Part shown: piece after piece, positions 19,789-29,185 of the stretch
Numbering within the stretch: position 1 is the stretch's first letter
Layout: each line of letters opens with the position of its first letter
Origin: Promethearchaeota archaeon
GTDB taxonomy: Archaea; Asgardarchaeota; Lokiarchaeia; Sigyniarchaeales; SOKP01
Direction of reading: 5' to 3'
DNA: 64,000 nt
NCBI GenBank assembly: GCA_048938895.1
Contig: JBHLLU010000005.1
Coordinates: 32,001 to 96,000, forward strand
Position numbers and translations under genes: made by a program
Notes under the pieces: generated by a model
What the model saw: the letters and a program-made list of their open reading frames with translations, nothing else
The model's database searches: none
What the model was told of the DNA's origin: nothing

Positions 19789-19920
19789 AGCCCGGTAGTG
19801 TAGAATAATACATTCATAATGTATTATGCTTAATGGCCAAGCATTTAGGGCTTTGAACCCTGAGACCACGGTTCGAAAATTTACGAGATTGCTCGTCAAT
19901 AGAAACTCCGTGCCGGGCTA
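19789..19920 (+). tRNA. tRNA-Gln: tRNA-Gln(UUG) with two introns (D-loop ~19804-19833; T-loop ~19878-19906); CCA not encoded
   Basis: Acceptor AGCCCGG/CCGGGCT; D stem GTGT/GCAT; anticodon arm TAGGG-CTTTGAA-CCCTG; T stem CACGG/CCGTG. Removing two hairpin inserts (30 and 29 nt) gives a canonical 73-nt tRNA. Confidence 0.92.
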
Positions 19921-19922
19921 TA

Positions 19923-19939
19923 CTTTTTATTTTTTTTTT
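19923..19939 (+). terminator. Oligo-T archaeal terminator after tRNA-Gln
   Basis: Near-pure T run (cttttta followed by a long T tract) immediately 3' of the tRNA. Confidence 0.6.
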
Positions 19940-20050
19940 GAATTAAAAATTTCATAATATACCAAATCATATAACGTAAGAGAAAAACTTATTTTAACTA
20001 CCAAATCTATATTCTATACAAAAAATAAGACTCAACTATTGCATATTACC

Positions 20051-20380
20051 ATGGCTATCCTAACTAAGTTAAGAAATGATAAGATAAGACGTATTGTCAT
20101 TGTAGCAATTGCCATTGCAATTGTTTCAACAGTGGCGCTAGCGATAATTTTTGCAGTGTTAAACATAAAATTTGTAATTGATGAAGGTGATGATGATGAT
20201 GATTGCAAAATATGAAAACGGACGTTAAATATCAAACCATCTCTAAAAAGAAATGAATCAATAGATAATCAATTAATGAAGTTAAACGAGGAAACTTTAA
20301 TAAATAAAATTTTTACAAAACTGGATGAATCTTGTAAAAAAATGCTAGTTACAAGAGGACAACCCTGTGAAGGTATTTGA
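20051..20380 (+). CDS. Small single-TM protein; candidate selenoprotein (CxxU). 54 aa if UGA 20213-20215 is a stop, 109 aa if it is read as Sec
   Basis: MAILTKLRNDKIRRIVIVAIAIAIVSTVALAIIFAVLNIKFVIDEGDDDDDCKI-(TGA)-KRTLNIKPSLKRNESIDNQLMKLNEETLINKIFTKLDESCKKMLVTRGQPCEGI-TGA. Not in the ORF track. Confidence 0.6.
20306..20378 (+). promoter_or_regulatory. Candidate eukaryote-like SECIS element (K-turn hairpin)
   Basis: Lower helix TTTTACA(20311-17)/TGTGAAG(20366-72); core ATGA(20325-28)...GA(20358-59); perfect upper helix TCTTGTAA/TTACAAGA; apical loop starting AAAAA. Confidence 0.55.
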
Positions 20381-20450
20381 TTATAAAATTTTTCTTTTTT
20401 TACTAATCAATCAAATAGGTTTTTAGGTTTTAAATATAATCTCTAAATTC

Positions 20451-21119
20451 TCAGAAGTAAATTAAAACAATTTGATTTATGAGGAGATATATTGCTAAAA
20501 ACACCAAAATTGCTCCATTCAAAAGCCTTAGTTTAGTGCGATGCTTTATTCGAAAATCATTTATTTTTGATGATTCTAATCCTAACCGAATTAATATTAA
20601 TATTACAATAATTGGTAATAACATTCCTATAATGTATATAAAGATAAAAACATAAAGCAGTGGATTTGCATAAAGATTAGCAAGAATAGATAAGTAAATT
20701 CCCCCAAAACAAGGGATCTTAATTAGAACAAAAATAATTCCAACTAAAAAAGCATAAAATCCAGAATTTTTTTGTATAAAACTATTTAATACTGTTTTTA
20801 CCTTCTCAGGCGTTCCAAAGATTAAGCTTTGTTCTTTTTTACATTCTACTATTTGCCACAATCCCAAAAAGATTAAAATCCCTGCGAAGATAAAACTAAT
20901 AAAAATCAACTCTTCAATTAAAGGCAAAAACAGAATTGAAACTAGAATATAAGCAAGAACCATCCCAGTAATTAATCCTATTGAAATGATAAGAAATTTA
21001 TTTTTCTCTTCTATTAGAACTACAGAGGTTCCAAAAACACTAAGCATTAATAATATACAAGGTGTAATCCCTACGGCTAAACCTGACAAAAAAGTAATTA
21101 GGATATTAACTTCTTCCAT
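20451..21119 (-). CDS. ccdA: CcdA/DsbD-family transmembrane electron transporter
   Basis: Six TM helices with the two conserved Pro-Cys motifs (GITPCIL and KIPCFGG). Confidence 0.8.
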   Translation of the reverse strand: MEEVNILITFLSGLAVGITPCILLMLSVFGTSVVLIEEKNKFLIISIGLITGMVLAYILVSILFLPLIEELIFISFIFAGILIFLGLWQIVECKKEQSLIFGTPEKVKTVLNSFIQKNSGFYAFLVGIIFVLIKIPCFGGIYLSILANLYANPLLYVFIFIYIIGMLLPIIVILILIRLGLESSKINDFRIKHRTKLRLLNGAILVFLAIYLLINQIVLIYF

Positions 21120-21339
21120 TACAGTATTCTGTTTAAGTTATATAAAATTATATTATACAATTGTTTAAGCGGGAAAATATAAAAAATTTATCACATCCAA
21201 ACTAAAATTTTGGAAAATCAAATATTATTTCATTACTTCACAATCAAAAAATCAAAAATAAAAGAATTTAATATATCATGAATTTATTTCTTCATCGTTA
21301 AATTGAGACTTCGGATAAACGACTTAAGAATTAAAAAGA

Positions 21340-22728
21340 TTGTATAAACTTATGAGACTATTATCTAAAATGAATTGGGGATTTGTAGAAATATTATTTC
21401 TAATAGTAATTTTTGTAGTGGGATTACTATCTACTTACTTTCTTCTCCCATATGTTATAAAATTAATGAAAAAGAAAAATTACATAGGATATGATATACA
21501 CAAGAATTCTCGACCTGAAGTGGCTGAATCTGGAGGACTTAGTTTTGTTTTGGGATTTATTATTACTTCCATATTCTTAATGGTATTTTTTATTAATTTT
21601 TTGAGTGAAATTTTGATCTTTGTTTTAACAGTACTATTAGCTGCAATAATTGGATTTATAGATGATCGAATAAAATTAAAATCTCGCTATAAAATAATTC
21701 TTTCTATATTTTCGGGAACAATAATATTTATTGCAAATTCTGTTGGTTTTGTTAAGATATCCTCACCTACAATTCCCATACTAGATCGAACCAGATTGAG
21801 CATTATATATCCTTTTATGATACCCTTACTTGTTGCTATTTTTGGAAATACAGTAAATATGTTAGAAGGATATAACGGAGAAGGTTCAGGAACGTGTTTA
21901 ATTGCTGTTATTTCTCTTCTCATTTGTGCAATAATATGGGATTCTGCTCAGGGAGTGCTTTTTTCAATTCCAGTCATTGCTGTTTTAATCCCTTTCTTTC
22001 TTAAAAATAAATTTCCCGCTCAAGTTTTTCCTGGAGATATAGGAACATTGAGTATGGGAGCAATGATTGCGTGTATTATGTTGTTTGGCTCACTCGAAGT
22101 TGCTGCTTTTTGTGCTCTTCTAATTCATATATTTAATAGTTTTTATGTAATTTATTCTGTAAGAGGTTTTCTTGAAAGTGATAAAATAAGGGAAGGTAAA
22201 GATGATATCATTTTACTAGAAAACGATTTAATCAAAGCATCTGATCAAAAAGATGCGGCATTAACATTGCCTAGATTGATATTAGCAAGAGGACCATTAT
22301 CTGAACCAGAGTTAGTCAATAAATTTTTTATTATATCAATAATTTGTGGTATTTTTGCCATTCTTTCAGTGCTATTTACACAACTGACAAGGGGAATTTT
22401 AAACATCGGTCTTTTTATCATAATTTTTATACTATTTCTGATACCGATTGCATTTTTTTTAATAAAATACCCCAGAATTCGAGGTACTATTGTATTAATG
22501 GTAATTCTTTTAATTGCAGCTATCATATTCTTTCTTTTAGTAGAGCTTATTATAATGCCCTTACCAATTGCAGATATTAGATTAGGTATAATTTCCATCC
22601 CAGTAAATCTAATATTTACTTTGATCATCGGTCTTATTGGGTTGATTGGATGGTATTTTATTACGATTAAGTATTTTTGGTTTCAAATAAATTCTATGAA
22701 AAAAGAAGAAATGAATAAACAAGGTTAA
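21340..22728 (+). CDS. aglH: UDP-GlcNAc:dolichyl-phosphate GlcNAc-1-phosphotransferase (AglH/ALG7/DPAGT1, MraY superfamily) with extra C-terminal TMs
   Basis: GYDIHK..RPEVAESGG, IGFIDD, NTVNMLEGYNG and FPAQVFPGDIG. The start may be ATG 21352 or 21370. Confidence 0.85.
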   Translation: MYKLMRLLSKMNWGFVEILFLIVIFVVGLLSTYFLLPYVIKLMKKKNYIGYDIHKNSRPEVAESGGLSFVLGFIITSIFLMVFFINFLSEILIFVLTVLLAAIIGFIDDRIKLKSRYKIILSIFSGTIIFIANSVGFVKISSPTIPILDRTRLSIIYPFMIPLLVAIFGNTVNMLEGYNGEGSGTCLIAVISLLICAIIWDSAQGVLFSIPVIAVLIPFFLKNKFPAQVFPGDIGTLSMGAMIACIMLFGSLEVAAFCALLIHIFNSFYVIYSVRGFLESDKIREGKDDIILLENDLIKASDQKDAALTLPRLILARGPLSEPELVNKFFIISIICGIFAILSVLFTQLTRGILNIGLFIIIFILFLIPIAFFLIKYPRIRGTIVLMVILLIAAIIFFLLVELIIMPLPIADIRLGIISIPVNLIFTLIIGLIGLIGWYFITIKYFWFQINSMKKEEMNKQG

Positions 22729-22732
22729 AAAT

Positions 22733-25273
22733 TTGAAGATAACAACAAGGTACTTACTTTTCTTTATTTACATATTCTGTGCCTTTTTTATATTTTATTC
22801 TCTTACTATTTTATTACTCGAAATCCCACTTCTCCAATTACTCACAGATTGGAGTTTTATCTTAACACTGGTACTATTTTTCTTAACTATTGAAGAATTT
22901 TATCAATGGGCTAAGAATGGAAAGAGGAGTGAAATGTCCGATATAGTAGCTATCTTGTTTTTCTTCTTTTTCATCTTCTTTTTTTCGAAAGATTTTCTAA
23001 CCTCATTAATGGGGGCTTTCTCAATATATTTATGGATTGGTATTTTTGAACTAAGAGATTATCCTGTATTAAATAAAGTATTAATTATATCTTTAGTAAC
23101 CTACAATATAATCTTCATAGCGGGTGTGCTATCTTTTTACCTCGATGATTCTTTTTTCATTGATACTAGTTTCGCCTTTTCTTTCTGGATTATTCTTATT
23201 ATGGGATTTATTCTGTTTGGTAGAAAATATTTTGTTGTGTGGCGCTTTTTAAGCCCAGAATATTTAATACTATTCATATACATTATAGCGTGGCTAGCAG
23301 TGGTATTTGTCAATAGTTATACACCTATAAATTTTATAACATCTAGCCCATTTCGTTTACCTGAGTTTAAATTAGTTGACTTCTTTTTGAACATTTACAT
23401 TATACTGATCTTAGTTAATTGGTTGGTATATTTTATTTCTGGACCTATTTTAGACAAAATGTTGGGAATTAAAACTGTCAAAAATACAAAATTATTAGGA
23501 ATAGTTCAGAATGTAAAAGAACACATTGGAATATCAGGTAAAGTCAAAGTTGGCTTTGGGAAATATCCAATATTGAATGCTATGGCATATGGATCAATTT
23601 TTGATAAAAGGATAGCTGTTATTGCTGAGGATCTAAATCAAATTCCTGAAGACGAACTAAAGGGAATAGTCGCTCACGAATTAGCTCATACAAAAGGAAA
23701 ACATACGCTGATATTGACATTAATTACCACATCTGATCTTATAATAAGAATGATTTTCGGGATTCCTGCAACTTATTACGATTATACTTTTGGTAATCCT
23801 TCAATTCCTTTATTCATTTTTATTCTATTAAATCTATTAATTTACTTTTTCCTCTTTATTTTTGTAAGAATTTTAGAAGGAAAGGCGGATTTAAGAACAA
23901 AAAAAGCAGGTTACGCTATTGAGCTAGCAAAAGCATTATACAATTTAGAAAGTTTTTATGCCTCAGGGAGAGAAATTGGATTTAATACTATGTTATTATG
24001 TGAAGAGAAAATTTCAAGGGACAATCTGTTATTAGATTATATGAACACAGCTACTTATTTATACAGTTCGATGATAAAACCTTCAAAAGCTTCTCTTTTA
24101 GGTACATTTTTAAATTCTCATCCCCCAAGTTACTTTAGAATAGCCGCAGTATTAGGAGATAAATTAAAACCGGGTAAAGAGGCTATTTTACCATTTATTT
24201 GCTTAAAAAAGGCAAAACAGAAGAAGTATGGCAGATTATTTGAGACTACTCGTCAGAGTTTTAAAATAATTGCTAACGACAAATTTAAAGAGTTTTTTAA
24301 AGTCAATCAAATTTCTTCATTACTAGATAATTTACAGAGAAAAGAAACCTATAAGTATGATCTCAAAAAAGATTACATTTTCATAAACAAAACAACAGAC
24401 GACATTTTATTGGGACATCTCGAGGATATTGCACTGCAAGATGATATTTGTGCTAGTGATCGGTTTATCATTAGAAATTTAATTACTCATGAGGAACAAA
24501 GAATAGAAGCTATTAAATATTCACTTACTCGAGTTAATTTAAATGAAATTTATTATTTCCAAAATGAGACTCCACTTATCTTAAAGCAAATTGATATTAA
24601 TGAAAATTCAAATGATTCTAATTATGTCTTTTTAGATAAGAACAATAATCAAATTCAAAAACCAATTTTAAAAACGAAAATGCCGAATTCAATGGCAATT
24701 ATAAACAACTTAAAGAACACAGAGATATTTCTAAAGAGTAAAGGTAAACTAAAAATATTAAAGTGTGTGGATGTTATTAAAGCTACTAAATTGGACGATT
24801 ATGAAATAATCCTTTCTGAATCTGGCGTAAATAATAACCAAAATCAAAAAAAATATACAATTAAAAACTTAATTATTAAACCTCAAAGGATCTATTTACC
24901 TATAAGCAAGGATCGTCGTTACAGAAAATCAGAATTGAGAATATTTAATTGGACAAAAAATAATCATATTTTACTTTATTTATATCTAAAAAAACCAGTG
25001 AATAATTTAGAAATTGGCTACGTTCAAGATTTAGATGTATTTAATGAAGAAATTCATAATAAATCTGAATATAAAGAAAGGACAAAAACCGATTTTATCC
25101 ATCTAAAAAATATTTTTGGATCCGAGATTGATATTCCTTATGATAAGATAGAATCTATTAGCTTTAAATATAAGAGCGCTATAATACAAATCAAATCTGC
25201 AACAAGTCTTTCCAGTCGGTTAGGCTACAAATTATTGAAGAAGGTTAAACCTGAAAGAATTATAATTACTTAA
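22733..25273 (+). CDS. M48 family (HtpX/Ste24-like) membrane zinc metalloprotease with N- and C-terminal extensions
   Basis: NAMAYG, ELKGIVAHELAH (HExxH), EGKAD and SHPP..RI; multi-TM N-terminus and ~330-aa soluble C-terminus. Confidence 0.88.
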   Translation: MKITTRYLLFFIYIFCAFFIFYSLTILLLEIPLLQLLTDWSFILTLVLFFLTIEEFYQWAKNGKRSEMSDIVAILFFFFFIFFFSKDFLTSLMGAFSIYLWIGIFELRDYPVLNKVLIISLVTYNIIFIAGVLSFYLDDSFFIDTSFAFSFWIILIMGFILFGRKYFVVWRFLSPEYLILFIYIIAWLAVVFVNSYTPINFITSSPFRLPEFKLVDFFLNIYIILILVNWLVYFISGPILDKMLGIKTVKNTKLLGIVQNVKEHIGISGKVKVGFGKYPILNAMAYGSIFDKRIAVIAEDLNQIPEDELKGIVAHELAHTKGKHTLILTLITTSDLIIRMIFGIPATYYDYTFGNPSIPLFIFILLNLLIYFFLFIFVRILEGKADLRTKKAGYAIELAKALYNLESFYASGREIGFNTMLLCEEKISRDNLLLDYMNTATYLYSSMIKPSKASLLGTFLNSHPPSYFRIAAVLGDKLKPGKEAILPFICLKKAKQKKYGRLFETTRQSFKIIANDKFKEFFKVNQISSLLDNLQRKETYKYDLKKDYIFINKTTDDILLGHLEDIALQDDICASDRFIIRNLITHEEQRIEAIKYSLTRVNLNEIYYFQNETPLILKQIDINENSNDSNYVFLDKNNNQIQKPILKTKMPNSMAIINNLKNTEIFLKSKGKLKILKCVDVIKATKLDDYEIILSESGVNNNQNQKKYTIKNLIIKPQRIYLPISKDRRYRKSELRIFNWTKNNHILLYLYLKKPVNNLEIGYVQDLDVFNEEIHNKSEYKERTKTDFIHLKNIFGSEIDIPYDKIESISFKYKSAIIQIKSATSLSSRLGYKLLKKVKPERIIIT

Positions 25274-25311
25274 TAATATTTAATATTTATGTCTCTTTTA
25301 AGAAGTTAATA

Positions 25312-26229
25312 ATGACGAGTAAAATTCGGAGTATTTTAAATCTCCTACGAATACGACAATATTATAAAAACACTATGATTTTTGTCGGAGTTTTTTTTAG
25401 TGAAAAATTATTTGAGACCTCTCTCTATTTTACTCTTATACTGGGATTTATTGTACTATGTTGTGCTTCTTCATTTAATTATATTATAAATGATATTAGG
25501 GATATTGAAAACGATAGATTACACTCTGAGAAGCTGAAAAAAAAACCACTTGCTTCTGGTGAACTCACCCTTTATTTTGCTATTGTAATTTTAATTGCAT
25601 TAATTTTTATAATGGTTTTTTCCCTGATATTTCTCATTCCTAATTTAGGTTTTACGGTTATTATAATTTTAATGATTATAACCGGTCAACTCTATAATCA
25701 TCTTTTTAAGAATTATTCTTTTATTGATATAATTATTTTATCTACGGGATACATTTGGAGAGCCTTAGCAGGGTGTGCTATCATTAATGAATTTGTTTCA
25801 GCTTGGTTATTTTTGGCTATTTTTGAATTAGCTATGTTCCTAAGTATTGCTAAAAGAAAAGGAGACTTAGAATTTCTTGGAAAAGAGAAAGCAGTGAATC
25901 ATAAGAAGACCTATGACCAATATTCACTAAAACTGCTTGATGATTTTAACATTATCATAGCAGGATCATTATTTATGACATATGCTCTGTATCTGATAAT
26001 TCGTTTCAATTTAGCCGAACCAGGAATCCCTGAGCTTTATGAATATATAGTAATAATCACTATCCCCATTTCTTTATATCTTCTTATGAGATATATGTAT
26101 TTAACTTCAGCAAGACCAAAAATCGCTCGAAATACAGAAAGGGCATTTTTAGATAAAGGAATAATAATAGCAGGAGCAATATTAATGGGAATTCTCTTTT
26201 TTTCCTTTTATTTTGAATATATTTTTTAA
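25312..26229 (+). CDS. UbiA family prenyltransferase (decaprenyl-phosphate phosphoribosyltransferase-like)
   Basis: LLRIRQYYKN, YIINDIRDIENDRLH..K.KKPLASG and LSIAKRKGDL. Confidence 0.88.
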   Translation: MTSKIRSILNLLRIRQYYKNTMIFVGVFFSEKLFETSLYFTLILGFIVLCCASSFNYIINDIRDIENDRLHSEKLKKKPLASGELTLYFAIVILIALIFIMVFSLIFLIPNLGFTVIIILMIITGQLYNHLFKNYSFIDIIILSTGYIWRALAGCAIINEFVSAWLFLAIFELAMFLSIAKRKGDLEFLGKEKAVNHKKTYDQYSLKLLDDFNIIIAGSLFMTYALYLIIRFNLAEPGIPELYEYIVIITIPISLYLLMRYMYLTSARPKIARNTERAFLDKGIIIAGAILMGILFFSFYFEYIF

Positions 26230-26513
26230 TAATGAATTTCTCAATTTATACCCATCGATTTCCCACGTTAAGAAAATTGATTCGATTCGTATAGTTAGAT
26301 ACATTCATTATCTTATTTACCTTTTTGACTAAAAATGAAATAAAAAAACCAACTTTTGAAAAACTATAAATAAATGCTTATGAAGCTCTAAACTTACTTT
26401 TATGATTTCAAAGAATAATGAGAAAAAAAGGATAAAACTTATAAGCTTACGAATTTAAAAACATATTTAACAAATATCTAAATAAAATTAAAAAAAATTT
26501 TAGTGAATTCAAT

Positions 26514-28334
26514 ATGGAAATGGAAAAGAAAAATTTGGCTATAATAATCTTAGCCGTTGTACTTGCCGCTTCCGGTATTGGTAATGTTATTCTTGCTGTA
26601 ACTTCTGGTTTGGTTACTAAACCACCAAGTGGTACAACAGTAGTATATGGTTACGGCTCAAATCCCGCAGCTCTTGACCCTGTCGATACGTGGGATGTCC
26701 CTTCACATGTTATTCAACATCAGATTACCGAATCTTTAGTTGAATATGATTTATCCTCATATATTAGAACAGGTATCCATAATTATACCTTAAAACCTGT
26801 ATTATGTGAATATTGGATTAGGGAATCTCCTACACGATGGTCATATAAGTTAAGAGAAAATGTATATTTCCATGATAATACAAAAATGACTGCGGAAGAT
26901 GTAATGTGGAATTTTGAAAGGGTTCAATGGTTTATTAACTCAACTGGAAATCTTCCTGCAAACGCTACATCTTGGGAAGCCTTTCCATCCTCACTTTATT
27001 TCCTAAGTAATGGTGATCCTATTTTTGACCATTTTGAGGCAAATGATGCTGTTGACCCATACAACTTCACCATAGTTACAACCGCACCTTTTGGTGCATT
27101 AAATGACCTACTCGCTTTTGGTGCAACCAATATTTTATCCCCTGAATCTACTCCTTTCTATAAGTATTTAGATTTGGCAAAAGATAAATTAGTTGGTACT
27201 GGTCCTTATGAATATGAGCACTTTAAAAGAGATAAGGAAGTACGATTGACCAGAAGTAGTGTTTACTGGGGTTTTGCGGGATATTTTGAAACCGCAGTAA
27301 TAAGAATCATTGAAGATGATACAGCTCGAATGACCGCAGGTTTAGCTGGACAATTTGATTATGTCGGCGGTGTTCCAAAGACATACATCGATACGTTTGA
27401 TGCTGATCCTAATTTCCATGTAGAAGATGTCGGCGAGGATCTATGTTATTTCTATCTAGAAATTTACTGTGGTCCACGAGACATCAATGGAGATATGATT
27501 GTACCTGGTGATTATCAATATCAGAAAAACCCAGCATACTTAAGAAGGGCTCTTGCGTTAGCTATCAACTACACATACATTTATAATGAAATTCAGAGTG
27601 GTTATGCTGTCGAAGGAACAACTGCTGTTCCTCGTGCAATGCCTGGTCATAATGCATCAGTAGTTCAGGCGAGTGCTGGAGCTTATGCAACCAATTTAGT
27701 AGCAGCAAGACAAGTTCTCTTAGATAATGCAGGAGATATTCTAGCTCGAGGTGGTCTCGACATTAGTAGTTTTGATGTTAATACTGATTCCGACTGGACT
27801 GGGAAAAACATCATTGGCAGATCCTTAGAAATTAATAGACACTTTGGTTCTACCACTAATCTACGGATGAATCAATTAATGGAAGCTAACTTTGACTTGA
27901 TTGGAATTCAAACTGTTGAGACGATAAGAGAATGGGGAGATTATCTAGATACAGGAGAGCAAACTCCATGGGAAATGGATATTGGGTATATTGGATGGTG
28001 TCCAGATTACCTCAATCCTTTCAACATGATAGATCCTCTTTTTAACTTGGCTTCTCATTCATGCTTTTCACGGATTAACGATACTACTCCTGGTACTGGA
28101 TTAACAGCATTGATGAATGCTGCCGCAGCTGCTTCAGGTCCGACACAACTTGATTTATATGGAGATATTCAATCATTAATCTATGATATAAATAGACCAA
28201 TAAATCCTGCAAGTCACGCCCATATCAGTGGTTGGGTATACTTAGTACAACAAACTCATAAGACTTCCTTAAAGGGAGTTCAATACAACGTTATGACAAT
28301 GGTTGAGATTTCGAAGTGGTATAGAGAAGATTAA
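26514..28334 (+). CDS. dppA: Peptide/nickel ABC transporter substrate-binding protein (family 5)
   Basis: N-terminal anchor; LDP, LRENVYFHD..MTAEDV, VGTGPY, LRRALALAIN and GWCPDYLNP. Confidence 0.92.
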   Translation: MEMEKKNLAIIILAVVLAASGIGNVILAVTSGLVTKPPSGTTVVYGYGSNPAALDPVDTWDVPSHVIQHQITESLVEYDLSSYIRTGIHNYTLKPVLCEYWIRESPTRWSYKLRENVYFHDNTKMTAEDVMWNFERVQWFINSTGNLPANATSWEAFPSSLYFLSNGDPIFDHFEANDAVDPYNFTIVTTAPFGALNDLLAFGATNILSPESTPFYKYLDLAKDKLVGTGPYEYEHFKRDKEVRLTRSSVYWGFAGYFETAVIRIIEDDTARMTAGLAGQFDYVGGVPKTYIDTFDADPNFHVEDVGEDLCYFYLEIYCGPRDINGDMIVPGDYQYQKNPAYLRRALALAINYTYIYNEIQSGYAVEGTTAVPRAMPGHNASVVQASAGAYATNLVAARQVLLDNAGDILARGGLDISSFDVNTDSDWTGKNIIGRSLEINRHFGSTTNLRMNQLMEANFDLIGIQTVETIREWGDYLDTGEQTPWEMDIGYIGWCPDYLNPFNMIDPLFNLASHSCFSRINDTTPGTGLTALMNAAAAASGPTQLDLYGDIQSLIYDINRPINPASHAHISGWVYLVQQTHKTSLKGVQYNVMTMVEISKWYRED

Positions 28335-28359
28335 ATGTCTTCTTAATATACAAATAAAA

Positions 28360-28400
28360 TTTTTAATTATCCTTTTTTTTTCTTTATTTTTTCTTATTTT
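28360..28400 (+). terminator. T-rich terminator after dppA
   Basis: Several T runs (cctttttttttctttattttttcttatttt) shortly after the stop codon. Confidence 0.5.
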
Positions 28401-28681
28401 AGTAATTAGTTAATAGAGAGTAAGACGTTAATTTCAACCTACAAGCTTATAACAAAGTACCAGCCAATTTACTTCAGAGAAAATAAGTTATGAAATATTT
28501 AGCCCAACATAAATAATTACAAATGAACACACTAAAGTTATATTAAGCGGACTTTTCACAATAACTCAATACTTCTTAAACCAAATGGAATATTTAATAA
28601 GGGATCAAATCTAAATAATTATAATTTTCATATTACTGTAAAAATTTACGTGAAAAGATACATTTATGAAGTGAGAAAACG

Positions 28682-29155
28682 ATGAAATTTTCAAGAATTA
28701 AAATCGGGAGACAAGGCAACTTTTTACTGGGGATTATAATGATTTTTTTTATATTTTTCGGATATATTGCTAATGAATACCCAAGAAGTTTTGAAGGAGA
28801 TATTACGATTGGAAACGAGTTACTTTTCTTATATCAAGTACTTTTTAATCAAAAAACCTTTTGGTCTTTTGTTATTCTATTTGTTATCATGTTTTTCTTA
28901 GCATTGAGAGAATCATTTTACGAATATGCAATTAGAAATAGTATTTGGTATATTCCTGTAATAATTATAATATCGTGGTTTTGGTACTGGTTACTTTTTG
29001 GATTTGATCCTTCTGTATTTTATATCTATTTTATTACTATTGAAGGTTATCTAACAATTGCAACATTGTTATGCATTAATCTCTTAGCAGCAATCTCAGC
29101 ATCTGTAATCAACGAAAAACGTAAAGAGTTATTACAAATTGAAGATTTAAAATAA
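28682..29155 (+). CDS. Hypothetical membrane protein (about 4 TM) within the dpp cluster
   Basis: Hydrophobic 157-aa ORF, 30 nt upstream of dppB. Confidence 0.8.
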   Translation: MKFSRIKIGRQGNFLLGIIMIFFIFFGYIANEYPRSFEGDITIGNELLFLYQVLFNQKTFWSFVILFVIMFFLALRESFYEYAIRNSIWYIPVIIIISWFWYWLLFGFDPSVFYIYFITIEGYLTIATLLCINLLAAISASVINEKRKELLQIEDLK

Positions 29156-29185
29156 AAATTTAATTAAAAAAAGGACTAAATTATC

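Noticed and set aside
20189-20203. (GAT)5 trinucleotide run as a microsatellite, or as multiple Sec UGA codons
   Set aside because: In the coding frame it reads Asp5; the TGA triplets are out of frame.
20032-20235. 67-aa minus-strand ORF with poly-Ser in the ORF track
   Set aside because: It is the antisense shadow of the + strand TM/CxxU ORF; the poly-Ser is just the reverse of (GAT)n Asp codons.
20252-20280. Second possible SECIS core (ATGA...GA) closer to the UGA
   Set aside because: The stem between the motifs pairs poorly compared with the 20306-20378 hairpin.
19789-21340. tRNA as the integration site of a genomic island
   Set aside because: No integrase, and I saw no duplicated tRNA 3' end (att site) or compositional shift in the window.
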